Assembly: GCA_033551855.1 (NCBI GenBank)
Contig: JAWSUI010000002.1
Span: 32,001-96,000 of the forward strand
Direction: 5' to 3'
Length of the DNA: 64,000 bases
From: Deferrisomatales bacterium
GTDB taxonomy: Bacteria > Desulfobacterota > Deferrisomatia > Deferrisomatales > JACRMM01
Shown piece by piece: positions 1 through 7,688 of the stretch. Below the pieces are notes generated by a model. It saw nothing but the letters and a program-made list of their open reading frames with translations, had not been told where the DNA came from and did not search any database. Position 1 is the stretch's first letter, and every line of letters starts with the position of its first letter. Both the position numbers and the translations under genes were made by a program.

Positions 1-352
1 GGGTGACGTGGTCCCTGGAGAGATCACACGCCGGGAACCGCTGGCCGCAGTAGAGGCACAGGTGGGCGTCGCGTCCGAAGAGCGTCGGGTTCGAGAGGGG
101 CGGCGCATGGGCGCGCGCCGCCCGGCGGTGGGCGCGCCGCCCGCCCACGGTGGCAAGGACCGACCGCACCTCGATCACCGTGCGCCGCCCCGAGCGGGCA
201 TTCGTGCCGCCGCGGAGGCGGTAGAGCAGGGTTCCGAGAGAGTAGGCCACGCGCTCGAGGTGGTGCAGGCGCACCGCCTCCTGGTAGTCGATCCAGTCCA
301 GCGGCACACCCCCCACATCGACCCGGAGCACCTGTTGGTCCAGGCCGTACAC
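1..352 (-). CDS. HNH endonuclease (McrA-like), 3' end runs off the window
   Basis: Not in the ORF track. GTG at 352 with GGAGG RBS; translates as MYGLDQQVLRVDVGGVPLDWIDYQEAVRL...LSNPTLFGRDAHLCLYCGQRFPARDLSRDHVT, with the RD-x3-CxYCG...DHV HNH signature. Confidence 0.88.
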   Translation of the reverse strand, partial: MYGLDQQVLRVDVGGVPLDWIDYQEAVRLHHLERVAYSLGTLLYRLRGGTNARSGRRTVIEVRSVLATVGGRRAHRRAARAHAPPLSNPTLFGRDAHLCLYCGQRFPACDLSRDHVT

Positions 353-396
353 GGCGCCTCCCCGGAAAGGAAGAGGGTCCGACGCGACGCTTGTGG

Positions 397-425
397 GTTG
401 TAGCAGTTTCGGCCGAGGGAAGCAA
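397..425 (-). promoter_or_regulatory. Putative sigma70 promoter of the HNH gene
   Basis: Minus strand TTGCTT-N17-TACAAC with TG extended -10, abutting the repeat array. Confidence 0.45.
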
Positions 426-426
426 A

Positions 427-1283
427 GGGTTCCGGCAGCCCCGGATTCCCCGCCTGCCCGGCAAGCGGAGGCCGGGAGCCCCTGCGTTCCGCCCCGCCAT
501 CCGCGGCGACGGGCAGGGGTGTCCCCGGAGGCCCCGGTGCGCCGGGCGTCACCCGTTTGCGTCGGGCCGGGAGGGTCGGTCGATGCGGTACGGGGCTGCT
601 CTCCGGTGCTCCCGACACCCGCTCCAAGACGTGGCGGCGGGTTCCGGCAGCCTCGGATTCCCCGCCTGCCCGGCAAGCGGAGGCCGGGAGCCCCTGCGTT
701 CCGCCCCGCCATCCGCGGCGACGGGCAGGGGTGTCCCCGGAGGCCCCGGTGCGCCGGGCGTCACCCGTTTGCGTCGGGCCGGGAGGGTCGGTCGATGCGG
801 TACGGGGCTGCTCTCCGGTGCTCCCGACACCCGCTCCAAGACGTGGCGGCGGGTTCCGGCAGCCTCGGATTCCCCGCCTGCCCGGCAAGCGGAGGCCGGG
901 AGCCCCTGCGTTCCGCCCCGAGATCTGCGGCAATGGAAAGGGCGGTGCCCCAGGCAAAGGGTGCTGGACCGAGCCGTTCTGCCTCGGGTTCTGTCCTTCG
1001 GGGGGTGCGGTGGGCGGCCGCCCTCCACGGGCTCCCCTGACCTGCCACGGAAATGTGGTTCTTCCGGTAGACGACCGGGTGGGCCCGCCCACTCCGGCAG
1101 ACGATGCCGGGCAGTACGGCAGGTGCGCTCCCGCGCCGCATCCGGAATCCTTGCGGCATCGCGGCTCCCGAAACGGCTGCTCCCGTCGAGCGGCCGTCCG
1201 CCTGCGCGGCCGGGCCCACCCGGTCGTCCCTGGACACGAGTGCCCGGTCATTTCCCGGATGAACCGGAAATGTGACGGTGGAT
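427..1283. repeat. Tandem array of ~212-bp structured units that degenerate rightwards
   Basis: Units begin GGGTTCCGGCAGCC at 427, 639 and 851. Units 1 and 2 differ at one base (441 C vs 653 T). Unit 3 is identical to 920 and then diverged. A fourth, more distant unit spans ~1057-1283. Confidence 0.9.
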
Positions 1284-1314
1284 CCAGGGCGTCAGGACGC
1301 GGGGCGGGCCCGGA

Positions 1315-1344
1315 TTGACAGCCCCGAAACCGCCTGACTAGTAT
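1315..1344 (+). promoter_or_regulatory. Putative sigma70 promoter of the dynamin-like gene
   Basis: TTGACA-N18-TAGTAT. Confidence 0.6.
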
Positions 1345-1401
1345 GATCCCCTTTCGACCTGCTGTGCCTACCGGGGCAGCGCGGGGTCTCCAAGGAGCAG
1401 G

Positions 1402-3573
1402 GTGAGGCGCGTGGACGGAGGAGGAGCAACCGTGGGCGACCGCGCGAGGTCGCTTCTGTTCTTGGCGGGCGCGGTGCGGGAGCTCCTGGGGGCCCAGGGG
1501 GAGCCGGTGCCTCCGTGGGAGGCCCGTCTCCAGGGCCTGGGGGGGGACGGGGAACGATTCCGTATCGCCGTGGCCGGCACGGTCAAGAGCGGCAAGAGCA
1601 CCCTGGTGAACGCTCTCATCGGACGCGACGCGCTCAAACGGGGAGCGGGTATCGTCACCTCCCTGGTGACGCGGGTGAGGCCGGGCAAGGAGCTAATCGC
1701 TCGGATGCGCCTCAAGGGCTGGGCCGAGGTCAACCGGGAGGCGACGGACGCTGCGCTCTTCTTGGGGGGCGGGGAGGACGGGCGCCCCGTGGACCTGAGG
1801 TCGGCGCGGGACCGGGAAGCCCTGGCCCTGGCCCTGGCCCGGTTGGGCGAGGAGGTGTTGGGCGAGGGGGGGTTCTTCGACAAGAACGTGGCCCTGCTGC
1901 GGGCGTACCTCGGGGGGCAGGCCAGGGTGGCGGACCTCGTGACCGATCAGCCCCGCATGGTGGAATTTGGCCCCGACGGCTTCGAGCGGCATCGGGAGTT
2001 CGCCGGTCACGACGCGCTGGCCGCCTACGTGGACGACCTGGTCCTGGAGATCCCGGGCCTGCCCTTCCCCGACACCTGCGAGCTCGCGGACTGCCAGGGG
2101 TATGACTCCCCGAACCCGCGGCACATGGAGATGGTGCAGCAGTACCTGCTCGGCGCCCACGTCGTGGTGTACGTGGTCTCCAGCCGCGTGGGGCTGCGCG
2201 AGGCGGACTTTCGCTTTCTGCGGGACATCAAGGCCTTGGGGCTCGTGGAGTCCACGCGTTTCGTCCTCAACGCGGACCTGGCCGAGCATGGCAGCGCCGA
2301 GGACCTGGCGGAGTTGGGCCGCCGCGTGGGGGAGGAGCTCGAGCACCTCGTCGGGCAGGTGCCGCTCCACACCTTCTCGGCCCTGCGCGCCCTGCTCCGG
2401 GGGTTGCGGGAGAGGGGCGAGCCCCTGAGCCGCCGGGACGAGCTGCTCCTCCAGGTGTGGGCCGAGTCGTCGGCCTCGGCCGAGGACGAGTACCCCCGCT
2501 TCCTCCGGGCCCTGCAGGACGCGGCCGGACCCCAGCGGGAGCGGCAGCTCGAAAACGCCCGGGCGGACTTGGTTCGCTTGGCCACCGGCGCCCTGCGCTC
2601 CCAGGTCGGGTCGGCCCTGGTCCTGGCGGGGAAGGAGGCCCAGGACCTGGCGGCAGAGCGGCAGGCCCTTGGGGCCGCCAAGGACCGGGTGCAGGGGTCA
2701 CTGGCGGGCTTCGAGAGTGCCCTGGGCGGCGTGTCCGGATCCCTCAAAGCCGAGGTGTTCCGTAAGGTGGACGGGTGCTTTCACCCCTCCGGGGGGGATC
2801 TGGCCGTGGAGGTGCTGACCCATGTCCGCGGTCTGCAGCCCCCTCCCGCCGCCCTCGAGGTCACGGAGAGGACGAAGCTGCCGCGACAGATGGCCCGCAT
2901 CTACCACGAGCTTCGGGCCGCCTTCCAGCGGTACAAGGTCGAGGTGGCGAACCCGCGGGCGGTCGATCGGATCCGGAGGCTCTGGGCTGAGGCGAGCGGC
3001 GCACTCGGGGAGGCCGCCCAGCCGCCGGCGGAACTCCTGGTGCAGAGCGTCGAGGCCTACAGACGGGAGGCCGAGAGCCTGGGGATCGCCGTGCCTCCCT
3101 TGGACCTGCCACCTCTGGACCCCTCGATCGGGCGGACGTCGATCCCTCTCTTCTCCGCGGTGACCTATGCTCCCGGCCAGTTCGCCACCGACCGGGTTTT
3201 GTCCTTCGCGGGGCAGTGGACCCGCAAGCTGGCCACGGGGTGGGCCAAGCGCCTGCTGGGCAAGAAGGAGCGCACGAGCTTCGCCCGGTCCCTCCTCTCG
3301 GACGGGGCCGAGGCGGTCCGGGAGCTCCTGGCGGAGGAGGCGCGCTCGAATCTGCTCCACTACAACGAGCAGGTGAAGCACCAGGTGCTGGGAAAGAGCC
3401 TCGACTCCCTGGCCGCGGCTTGGGCCGAGGGCTACCGGGAAACCGTGGAGGCCCTCGTGGTGGATCTGGACCGGCTGCTGGGTCTTCTCGACCGGTCCGC
3501 GGCCCTGCGGACCGAGCTCGTCCCTCGCCTGCAGGAGATCCTGGGGGCGCTGGAGGGGTTGGAGTCGTCGTGA
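1402..3573 (+). CDS. Dynamin-family (bacterial dynamin-like) GTPase; alternative start 1432
   Basis: G1 IAVAGTVKSGKSTLVNAL, G2-like IVTSLVT, G3 DCQG, long helical C-terminal region. Confidence 0.8.
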   Translation: MRRVDGGGATVGDRARSLLFLAGAVRELLGAQGEPVPPWEARLQGLGGDGERFRIAVAGTVKSGKSTLVNALIGRDALKRGAGIVTSLVTRVRPGKELIARMRLKGWAEVNREATDAALFLGGGEDGRPVDLRSARDREALALALARLGEEVLGEGGFFDKNVALLRAYLGGQARVADLVTDQPRMVEFGPDGFERHREFAGHDALAAYVDDLVLEIPGLPFPDTCELADCQGYDSPNPRHMEMVQQYLLGAHVVVYVVSSRVGLREADFRFLRDIKALGLVESTRFVLNADLAEHGSAEDLAELGRRVGEELEHLVGQVPLHTFSALRALLRGLRERGEPLSRRDELLLQVWAESSASAEDEYPRFLRALQDAAGPQRERQLENARADLVRLATGALRSQVGSALVLAGKEAQDLAAERQALGAAKDRVQGSLAGFESALGGVSGSLKAEVFRKVDGCFHPSGGDLAVEVLTHVRGLQPPPAALEVTERTKLPRQMARIYHELRAAFQRYKVEVANPRAVDRIRRLWAEASGALGEAAQPPAELLVQSVEAYRREAESLGIAVPPLDLPPLDPSIGRTSIPLFSAVTYAPGQFATDRVLSFAGQWTRKLATGWAKRLLGKKERTSFARSLLSDGAEAVRELLAEEARSNLLHYNEQVKHQVLGKSLDSLAAAWAEGYRETVEALVVDLDRLLGLLDRSAALRTELVPRLQEILGALEGLESS

Positions 3574-3631
3574 GGCCCCCAGGAAGGGTCTCCCTCCCCG
3601 GGGCCGGCAGGGGGGGCCTCCGCCGGGCGCC

Positions 3632-4516
3632 GTGACGGAGCTCTCGTCCTGGCCCACCATTGCGGCACACTGGCGCCGTCGTTTCGGCGAGCAGGTGCAC
3701 CGGGTTGCCCTCGACCCAGGGCTTTCCTGCCCCAACCGGGACGGGACCCGAGGAACCGGCGGGTGCGCTTTCTGCGACCCGTCTTCCTTCTCCCCCTGTG
3801 CGGGGGATCCAAGGCCGGTGGCCGTCCAGCTCGCGACCGGGCTCGAGAGGCTGCGCCTGCGCGGGGTGGGGAAGGCGGCGGCCTATTTCCAGCCCCACAC
3901 GAACACCTATGCACCGGTCCCGGTGTTGTCCGGTCTTTGGGACGCCGTGTTGCCCTTCCCCGAGGTCGTGGCACTCTGCGTGGGGACTCGTCCGGACTGC
4001 GTGCCGGACCCGGTGCTGGACCTCCTGGCCCGCTACCGGGAGCGATGGGAGGTCTGGCTGGAGCTCGGGCTCCAGAGTGCCCGCGACGAAACCCTCGCCC
4101 GGCTGGACCGGGGGCACACGGCCGAGCAGTTCGCGGATGCCTGCGCGCGGGCGAGGCGCCGGGGGATCCGCGTCTGTGCCCACGTGATCCTGGGGCTCCC
4201 CGGGGAGGGGCCGGAGGACGAGAGCCACACCGCGGCGTTCCTCGCAAGGACGGGGATCGACGGGGTGAAGGTGCACCACTTGGCGGTCGTTCGGGGGACC
4301 CGCCTCGAGAGCGCTTGGCGGTCCGGGGCGTTGGAGCTTCTCGGGGAGGAGGTCTACGCGGCCCGGGCGGCCGGCTTCGTCCGTCGGCTGCCGCCGGGCA
4401 CGGTGCTCCACCGCCTGGTCGGGGACACGGCGGGAGACCGGCTTCTCGCCCCTCGGTACCACAAGGCCCGGGTACTGCGGAGGATCCGGGAGGCACTGGG
4501 GTCGGACGCGGGATGA
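3632..4516 (+). CDS. YhcC/TIGR01212-family radical SAM protein
   Basis: SCPNRDGTRGTGGCAFC; YFQPHTNTY; GTRPDC; ELGLQS; HVILGLPGE. Confidence 0.9.
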   Translation: MTELSSWPTIAAHWRRRFGEQVHRVALDPGLSCPNRDGTRGTGGCAFCDPSSFSPCAGDPRPVAVQLATGLERLRLRGVGKAAAYFQPHTNTYAPVPVLSGLWDAVLPFPEVVALCVGTRPDCVPDPVLDLLARYRERWEVWLELGLQSARDETLARLDRGHTAEQFADACARARRRGIRVCAHVILGLPGEGPEDESHTAAFLARTGIDGVKVHHLAVVRGTRLESAWRSGALELLGEEVYAARAAGFVRRLPPGTVLHRLVGDTAGDRLLAPRYHKARVLRRIREALGSDAG

Positions 4517-4577
4517 GTTGCCCATGACCTTTGGGTCACCCCGAGGGATGAAACGCCGACGGGTCGCGGGCCGGTCG

Positions 4578-4613
4578 CCCTCACCCCAGCCCCCTCGCCC
4601 TGGGGGAGAGGGG
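4578..4613. repeat. REP-like palindrome between convergent genes
   Basis: CCCTCACCCCAGCCCCCTCGCCCTGGGGGAGAGGGG resembles the widespread CCCTCACCCC..CCCTCTCCC-N-GGGAGAGGG intergenic repeat; single copy in this window. Confidence 0.5.
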
Positions 4614-4684
4614 ATTCAAGGAAGGTGGTTTTCCTTGTCGGGCGGACCCGGGAGGGGCGTGTCCCGGCAATCCGGCTCAGGTCT

Positions 4685-5119
4685 TCAGAGGCAGAGCAGC
4701 TCTCTGGTGCTTTCCGGCCGCCGGCAGGGAATGCCCATATCGCTCAGGAGCTTGGCCAAGCGCCCGTCCAACGTCACCACGGTGCAGCCGTGACGCCGGG
4801 CCAGCGAGGCATACAGGAGGTCATGAACGGGGTGATTCCTCGAGATGGCTTCCGCGAGAGCCTCTTCGGCCAGCTCGTGGTCGGGCACCGCGCGGTCATA
4901 CAGCCCGAACGAAGTTTCCAGCAACGAAACGGCTTCCTCGGCGGACAGGTCACCTGCCCGCACGTATTTCCGCAGGGCGTTCGCCACCTCGGAATGGAAG
5001 AGCTCCGGGACGAGCACCACCAGGCACTCGTCCAGCAGGTCCACAACCGAGGACGCGCGGCGTCCCGGCAGAACCACCTCGACGGCGGCCGAAGCGTCCA
5101 GTACGGCCCTCCGTATCAC
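4685..5119 (-). CDS. vapC: PIN-domain VapC-type toxin
   Basis: VLDASAAVE...EVANAL...HDLLYASLA...VVTLDGRL acidic PIN residues; overlaps the antitoxin stop. Confidence 0.9.
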   Translation of the reverse strand: MIRRAVLDASAAVEVVLPGRRASSVVDLLDECLVVLVPELFHSEVANALRKYVRAGDLSAEEAVSLLETSFGLYDRAVPDHELAEEALAEAISRNHPVHDLLYASLARRHGCTVVTLDGRLAKLLSDMGIPCRRPESTRELLCL

Positions 5120-5361
5120 CGGTCCCGATCCTCGCGCACGAGGTCCTCCGGCAGAGCGGAGACTCGGCGAGTCTCCGCCGCCGACAGGCGGCTTCGGATG
5201 TCCGCCAGGAGCTTCCTGCGCCGCTCGACCGCCTGAAGGTCCGGGATCCGGCGCAGCTCCACGACCGCCTGCTGCGCCAGGCTCCGGTTCTCGCTGCGGG
5301 CGCGAAGGGAAAGGGCCTCGTACACGTCTTCCGGCAGGTCGCGGATTTGAAGAGACGGCAT
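5116..5361 (-). CDS. FitA-like ribbon-helix-helix antitoxin
   Basis: MPSLQIRDLPEDVYEALSLRARSENRSLAQQ...DLVREDRDR; GGAGG RBS; lies upstream of the PIN toxin. Confidence 0.88.
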   Translation of the reverse strand: MPSLQIRDLPEDVYEALSLRARSENRSLAQQAVVELRRIPDLQAVERRRKLLADIRSRLSAAETRRVSALPEDLVREDRDR

Positions 5362-5394
5362 GGCGGGTCCTCCAGCGAGCAGTAGACTTGGTTC

Positions 5395-5423
5395 ACCATA
5401 GCGCATGCAGATTGCATGCGCAA
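5395..5423 (-). promoter_or_regulatory. TA promoter with overlapping palindromic operator
   Basis: TTGCGC-N17-TATGGT; perfect inverted repeat GCGCATGCA-gat-TGCATGCGC at 5401-5421. Confidence 0.75.
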
Positions 5424-5820
5424 CAGACGATCTTGTCGGGAACAGGCGGTTCAAGCTCCCCGTGGCGGTGACGCATGTGGCAGGGCTTCTCCCCAGCCCT
5501 CCGCCTGCGAGCCTTGCCCATCTGATGGCGGGCAAGGGGATCCTCCTGCGCTGAGGGCGACGGCCTCGGCGGCAAACTTTCACCCCCAGTCCATTCCGCG
5601 TTCGCTCCCAGTCCGCTTCGGCCCGGACGTTCTCTGCAAACTCGGGCAGTTGCGCAACTTCACTTGCCCGTTTCTTCCCCGTTTGTCCCCGATGACTCCG
5701 ATGGAGTTCGTCTCGGCGGGGAAGCTCCGTTCGGCGTTTCGAGCGGCGGACCTTGAGGTATCCTGTTCTTCGGAGCAGAGTCGTCTTCCTGCCGCCGGCA
5801 ACCACGACCCGGAGCCAGCC

Positions 5821-7104
5821 ATGCCTGCCCACCTCGTCTCTCTCTTCTTCCTTCTCGCCGCGACGTTGCCTGTTGCCGGCTGCAGTCGGGACTCCGGCCA
5901 GAGGGAGCGCTCGCCGCCGCAGCGCATCGCCGAGCTGCCGCGCGCGCTCAGCGTTGCCGAGCACGAGGTGGTCGCCCGCTCGAACGAGCTCGCGTTCGAC
6001 CTGCTGCGGGAGACCTACGCCCGCGAGACCGAGAGGCCCAACGTGTTCCTCTCGCCGCTGAGCGCCTCCATGGCATTGGGCATGGCGCTGAACGGGGCTG
6101 CGGGCGAGACGTTCGAGGCGATGCGGGCGACGTTGCGGTTCGAGGGGCTCACCCAGGAGGAGATCAACGTCGCCTACCGGGACCTCGTGGAGCTTCTGCT
6201 CGGCCTGGACCCCGGGGTCGAGCTGCTCATCGCCAACGCCGCCTGGGCGCGGCAGGGCTGGCCCTTCGTGCCCGAGTTCTTCGCGACGATCGAGACCTGG
6301 TTCGACGCGCGGGCGCGGGAGCTCGAGTTCGACGAGCCGGCCGCCCTCGACGCGATCAACCGGTGGGCGGACGAGCAGACGGGGGGGCGGATACCGAAGG
6401 TGCTCGACGAGATCGGGCCCGAGCACGTCCTCTTCCTGCTGAACGCGGTCTCCTTCCGGGGGGACTGGACCCACCGCTTCGAGCGGAGCCGGACGCGGCC
6501 GGGGCCTTTCACCCTAGCCGACGGGACGCAGGTGGAGGTCCAGCGCATGAGCGGCACGCTCGGGGCGGGGGTGCGCCAGGTGCAGGGCGGCGTGCAGATC
6601 GGCGAGCTCCCGTACGGCGGCCAGGCGTTCGTCATGACCCTCGCGCTTCCGCCGCCGGGCGGCAGCCTGGCCGCGTTGGTCGCCGGCCTCGACGCCGGGA
6701 CCTGGTCGCGCTGGACCGAGGGTTTGCCGGAGGACTACGCGGCGGCCGAGATCGAGGTCGGCCTGCCGAAGCTCGAGCTGAGCTACGAGAGGGTCCTCAA
6801 CGACGTGCTCACCGCCCTCGGCATGGGCGTCGCCTTCGACGAGAACCTGGCCGACTTCTCCCGCCTCCTCGACCTGGCGCCGCCGCTCAACGCCTACCTC
6901 GACTTCGTCAAGCAGAACACCTACCTGCGCGTGGACGAGGAGGGGACGCAGGCGGCGGCGGTGACGACTGTGGGGGTCGGCGTCACGTCGGCGCCGCCCT
7001 CCTTCGTCGTGGATCGGCCCTACCTGCTCGTAATCCGCGAGCGCTTGAGCGGGACGATCCTGTTCCTGGGGGCGATCGGGGATCCGCGGGACGGCGGCGG
7101 GTAG
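5821..7104 (+). CDS. Serpin family protein, probable lipoprotein
   Basis: NVFLSPLSASMALGMALNGAAGET; NAVSFRGDW; hinge DEEGTQAAAVT; FVVDRPYL; N-terminal hydrophobic stretch ending VAGC. Confidence 0.92.
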   Translation: MPAHLVSLFFLLAATLPVAGCSRDSGQRERSPPQRIAELPRALSVAEHEVVARSNELAFDLLRETYARETERPNVFLSPLSASMALGMALNGAAGETFEAMRATLRFEGLTQEEINVAYRDLVELLLGLDPGVELLIANAAWARQGWPFVPEFFATIETWFDARARELEFDEPAALDAINRWADEQTGGRIPKVLDEIGPEHVLFLLNAVSFRGDWTHRFERSRTRPGPFTLADGTQVEVQRMSGTLGAGVRQVQGGVQIGELPYGGQAFVMTLALPPPGGSLAALVAGLDAGTWSRWTEGLPEDYAAAEIEVGLPKLELSYERVLNDVLTALGMGVAFDENLADFSRLLDLAPPLNAYLDFVKQNTYLRVDEEGTQAAAVTTVGVGVTSAPPSFVVDRPYLLVIRERLSGTILFLGAIGDPRDGGG

Positions 7105-7467
7105 GGGGGGCGCACCGACGGCGTCTCTGCCGTCGCAAGAGGACGTCACGTAAGTGAAATGGGGCAGTTGTCGAGCCGGCGCTGATAGTACGGAAAGGGG
7201 TCCGCTTCTGTTTGAGTTTCGGGGTCGGCGCGTCGGGGTCTGCCGCCGTGCCGTGGCGGCGTCGGGGAAGCCCGCCGGGGACGGACCCTCGCCTCGGCTC
7301 CCGCCCCGCGGCGCCGGCCTTCGAGGCTGGGGGGCCGCGGAGGGCCGTTGTGGCCCCCGCCCCGGTTCGCCTTGGGGCGCCGTCCGTGGTAGCCTTCGAG
7401 GTCGTGCCGATCGGGTGCGGCTAGGGGGAGCGGGCGAGGGCAGGGGCGCCCGTGCAGCGCTGGGCGC

Positions 7468-7509
7468 AAGAAAGGCCGGAAACCCTGATATCTCGCGGGT
7501 CGCCGGCCT
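7468..7509 (-). terminator. Hairpin downstream of tRNA-Arg
   Basis: Minus strand AGGCCGG...CCGGCCT imperfect stem followed by TTCTT. Confidence 0.45.
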
Positions 7510-7535
7510 CTCTCGCACTTCCCTGGATGGGTAAA

Positions 7536-7612
7536 TGGTGGGCGAGGCGGGATTCGAACCCACGGCCTCAGGTTCCGGAGACCTGCGCTCTATCCAGCTG
7601 AGCTACTCGCCC
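7536..7612 (-). tRNA. tRNA-Arg(CCG)
   Basis: GGGCGAGTAGCTCAGCTGGATAGAGCGCAGGTCTCCGGAACCTGAGGCCGTGGGTTCGAATCCCGCCTCGCCCACCA; cloverleaf, anticodon CCG, encoded CCA. Confidence 0.97.
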
Positions 7613-7688
7613 GAAGAGGGGCGCAAGTTAATCACAGGGGCCGCGCGAATGCAAGCGCGGCCCCTGGGGCGGGCGAAGGGAGACCGCG

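Noticed and set aside
427..920. CRISPR array interpretation
   Set aside because: The conserved block is ~70 nt, the intervening 142-nt segments are identical or homologous rather than unique, and there are no cas genes
175..1318. Overlapping ORFs across the repeat array
   Set aside because: Arg/Pro/Gly-rich, and the same peptide reappears in different frames because the period is 212; artefacts of GC-rich repeats
5116..6474. 452-aa minus-strand ORF
   Set aside because: Antisense shadow of the serpin; only the last 81 aa (antitoxin) are credible
4500..7535. att site or integrase for the tRNA-adjacent region
   Set aside because: No duplicate of the tRNA 3' end and no recombinase ORF seen
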